From positions 1,177,718 to 1,241,717 of the forward strand of contig NW_003314286.1 in the NCBI RefSeq assembly GCF_000143415.4: 64,000 nt of DNA, in the 5' to 3' direction. The position numbers and the translations under genes are program-made. Of the stretch, positions 63,006 through 64,000 are shown in pieces. The notes beneath the pieces were generated by a model that did no database searches, was not told the DNA's origin, and worked only from the letters and a program-made list of their open reading frames with translations. This DNA is from Selaginella moellendorffii (taxonomy: Eukaryota; Plantae; Lycopodiophyta). Every line of letters starts with the position of its first letter. The stretch's first letter is position 1.

Positions 63006-64000
63006 CTTACCACCTCCGACTTCCTCGAGAGATGGGGAAGATGCACCTAGTATTCCATGTGAACCTACTCAAGCCGTACTTTGAGGATCCGCTTCGCAAG
63101 GGCCAAGTAAGACCTTTACCTAAGGTTATCCAAGGGGAAGAGGAATATGAAGTTGAGGCCATCCTCAATGCGCGCAAGAGTAAGCGACAAGGACACGAGG
63201 TGAGAGAGTTCCATGTGAAGTGGAAAGGATTTCCACACTGCGAAGCAATATGGGAACTGGACGAGAACCTAGCGAATGTGCGAGATCTAATGGAGGAATT
63301 TCTGCAAGACAGAACTCTATGTACTTATGCAAAGTTCAATTAAAGTGTCAATTTGTGAAGTTGAGCAATGGCATATGTTGGGACCCGAAGGCGCGCCGAA
63401 GGTAAGCTAATTAGCATGGGTTAGCTAAGTCGACCAGGTGTAGAGAATTACACCTGACTCCCCATAGGGATGTTGAATCCATAGATGTATTCTACGGAGG
63501 TTGGGTTCGAGTCCCAACCCCCTAGTAAAGCAAGGTTGGGTTCAAGTCTCAACCCCATATTAGGGCATGGTGGGGTGAGGGGTATAGGGACAACTATATT
63601 CCGTTGTCATGGGCTCTTGGCCGGGGAGGCTAACTTAGGCACACCGCTAAGTGGGGGGATGCCCTCGGAAACATGGTCAACAAGTCGTAGGATGAAGGAT
63701 GTGGGCATCAAACTTCTTTTATGGGTGGTGGAGTTGTAAGGAACCAACTCCCCGAGGTGTCATAGGCTAAAGGATCCCCGAAAGCATGACTGAAATGACA
63801 AAGAGTTCATCAGATGGGACCAAGTCAGAGATCGAGTCCAAGACCGACTTTGAGACCGAGTTCGAGATAGAGTCTGGGATCAAGTTCAAGGCCGAATCGG
63901 AGACTGAGTTCAACACCAAGTTCGAGACCGAGTTTGAGACAGAGTCCGAGATCCGAATCAGGTCTGAGACCGAGTCCGAGGTCGAGTCCGAAGTCAAGTC

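Larger units (their letters stand above)
51355..63343 (+). pseudogene. Chromovirus gag-pol pseudogene with stops, an RT/RNase H deletion near 53725, two intron-like inserts and a nested LARD
   Basis: Zinc knuckle CYNCGGVGHFSRE, protease VIDTSAS, RT RMCIDYR...YIDDIL, RNase H tail YKPGKSNIVADVLSR, integrase MDFITGLP / HP*TDGQTERVN / GPY, chromodomain EYEVEAIL...FHVKWKGFPHCEAIWE. Confidence 0.93.
50184..64000 (+). mobile_element. Ty3/gypsy chromovirus LTR retrotransposon (5' LTR 50184-51294, 3' LTR from 63735 past the window edge)
   Basis: TGTAAGGAACC LTR starts, PBS TGGTATCAGAGCC 51298-51310, PPT GGGTGGTGGAGT 63723-63734, gag-PR-RT-RH-IN-chromodomain order. Confidence 0.95.

Noticed and set aside
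63321-63360. Third intron after the chromodomain (GTACTT...GTGAAG)
   Set aside because: Weak GAG/AAG-type acceptor, and no conserved motif is restored by removal, so it cannot be supported.

Overview
Eukaryotic nuclear DNA from an early-diverging land plant. A Selaginella-like lycophyte is inferred from the PLS-E PPR style, the 45-57 nt introns and the gene density. The first ~6 kb holds three host genes on the minus strand: an extensin, a PLS-E PPR protein and an SPL8-like SBP-box factor. The remaining ~58 kb is nested transposable elements. The standout is a ~13.4 kb TIR DNA transposon (20384-33791) inserted into an old Mutator-like element. It carries (i) a Sola-like DDD transposase, (ii) a divergent 11-exon, ~1633-aa cargo gene with an inferred ParB/Srx-like domain, a degenerate beta-class amino-DNA-methyltransferase fold and an FCP1/NIF HAD phosphatase domain, and (iii) about 24 dispersed copies of a 22-bp palindrome (ATGGCRTGWGGCCWCAYGCCAT), seen only inside the element and often inside its tiny introns. 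An older, decayed intron-containing beta-class methyltransferase gene lies at 8184-18146. The right half is a nest of LTR elements: LARD-like non-autonomous copies, a solo LTR, a TRIM and a Ty3/gypsy chromovirus whose integrase is interrupted by two short GT-AG intron-like inserts. All domain calls are from motif recognition by eye; no database search was run.
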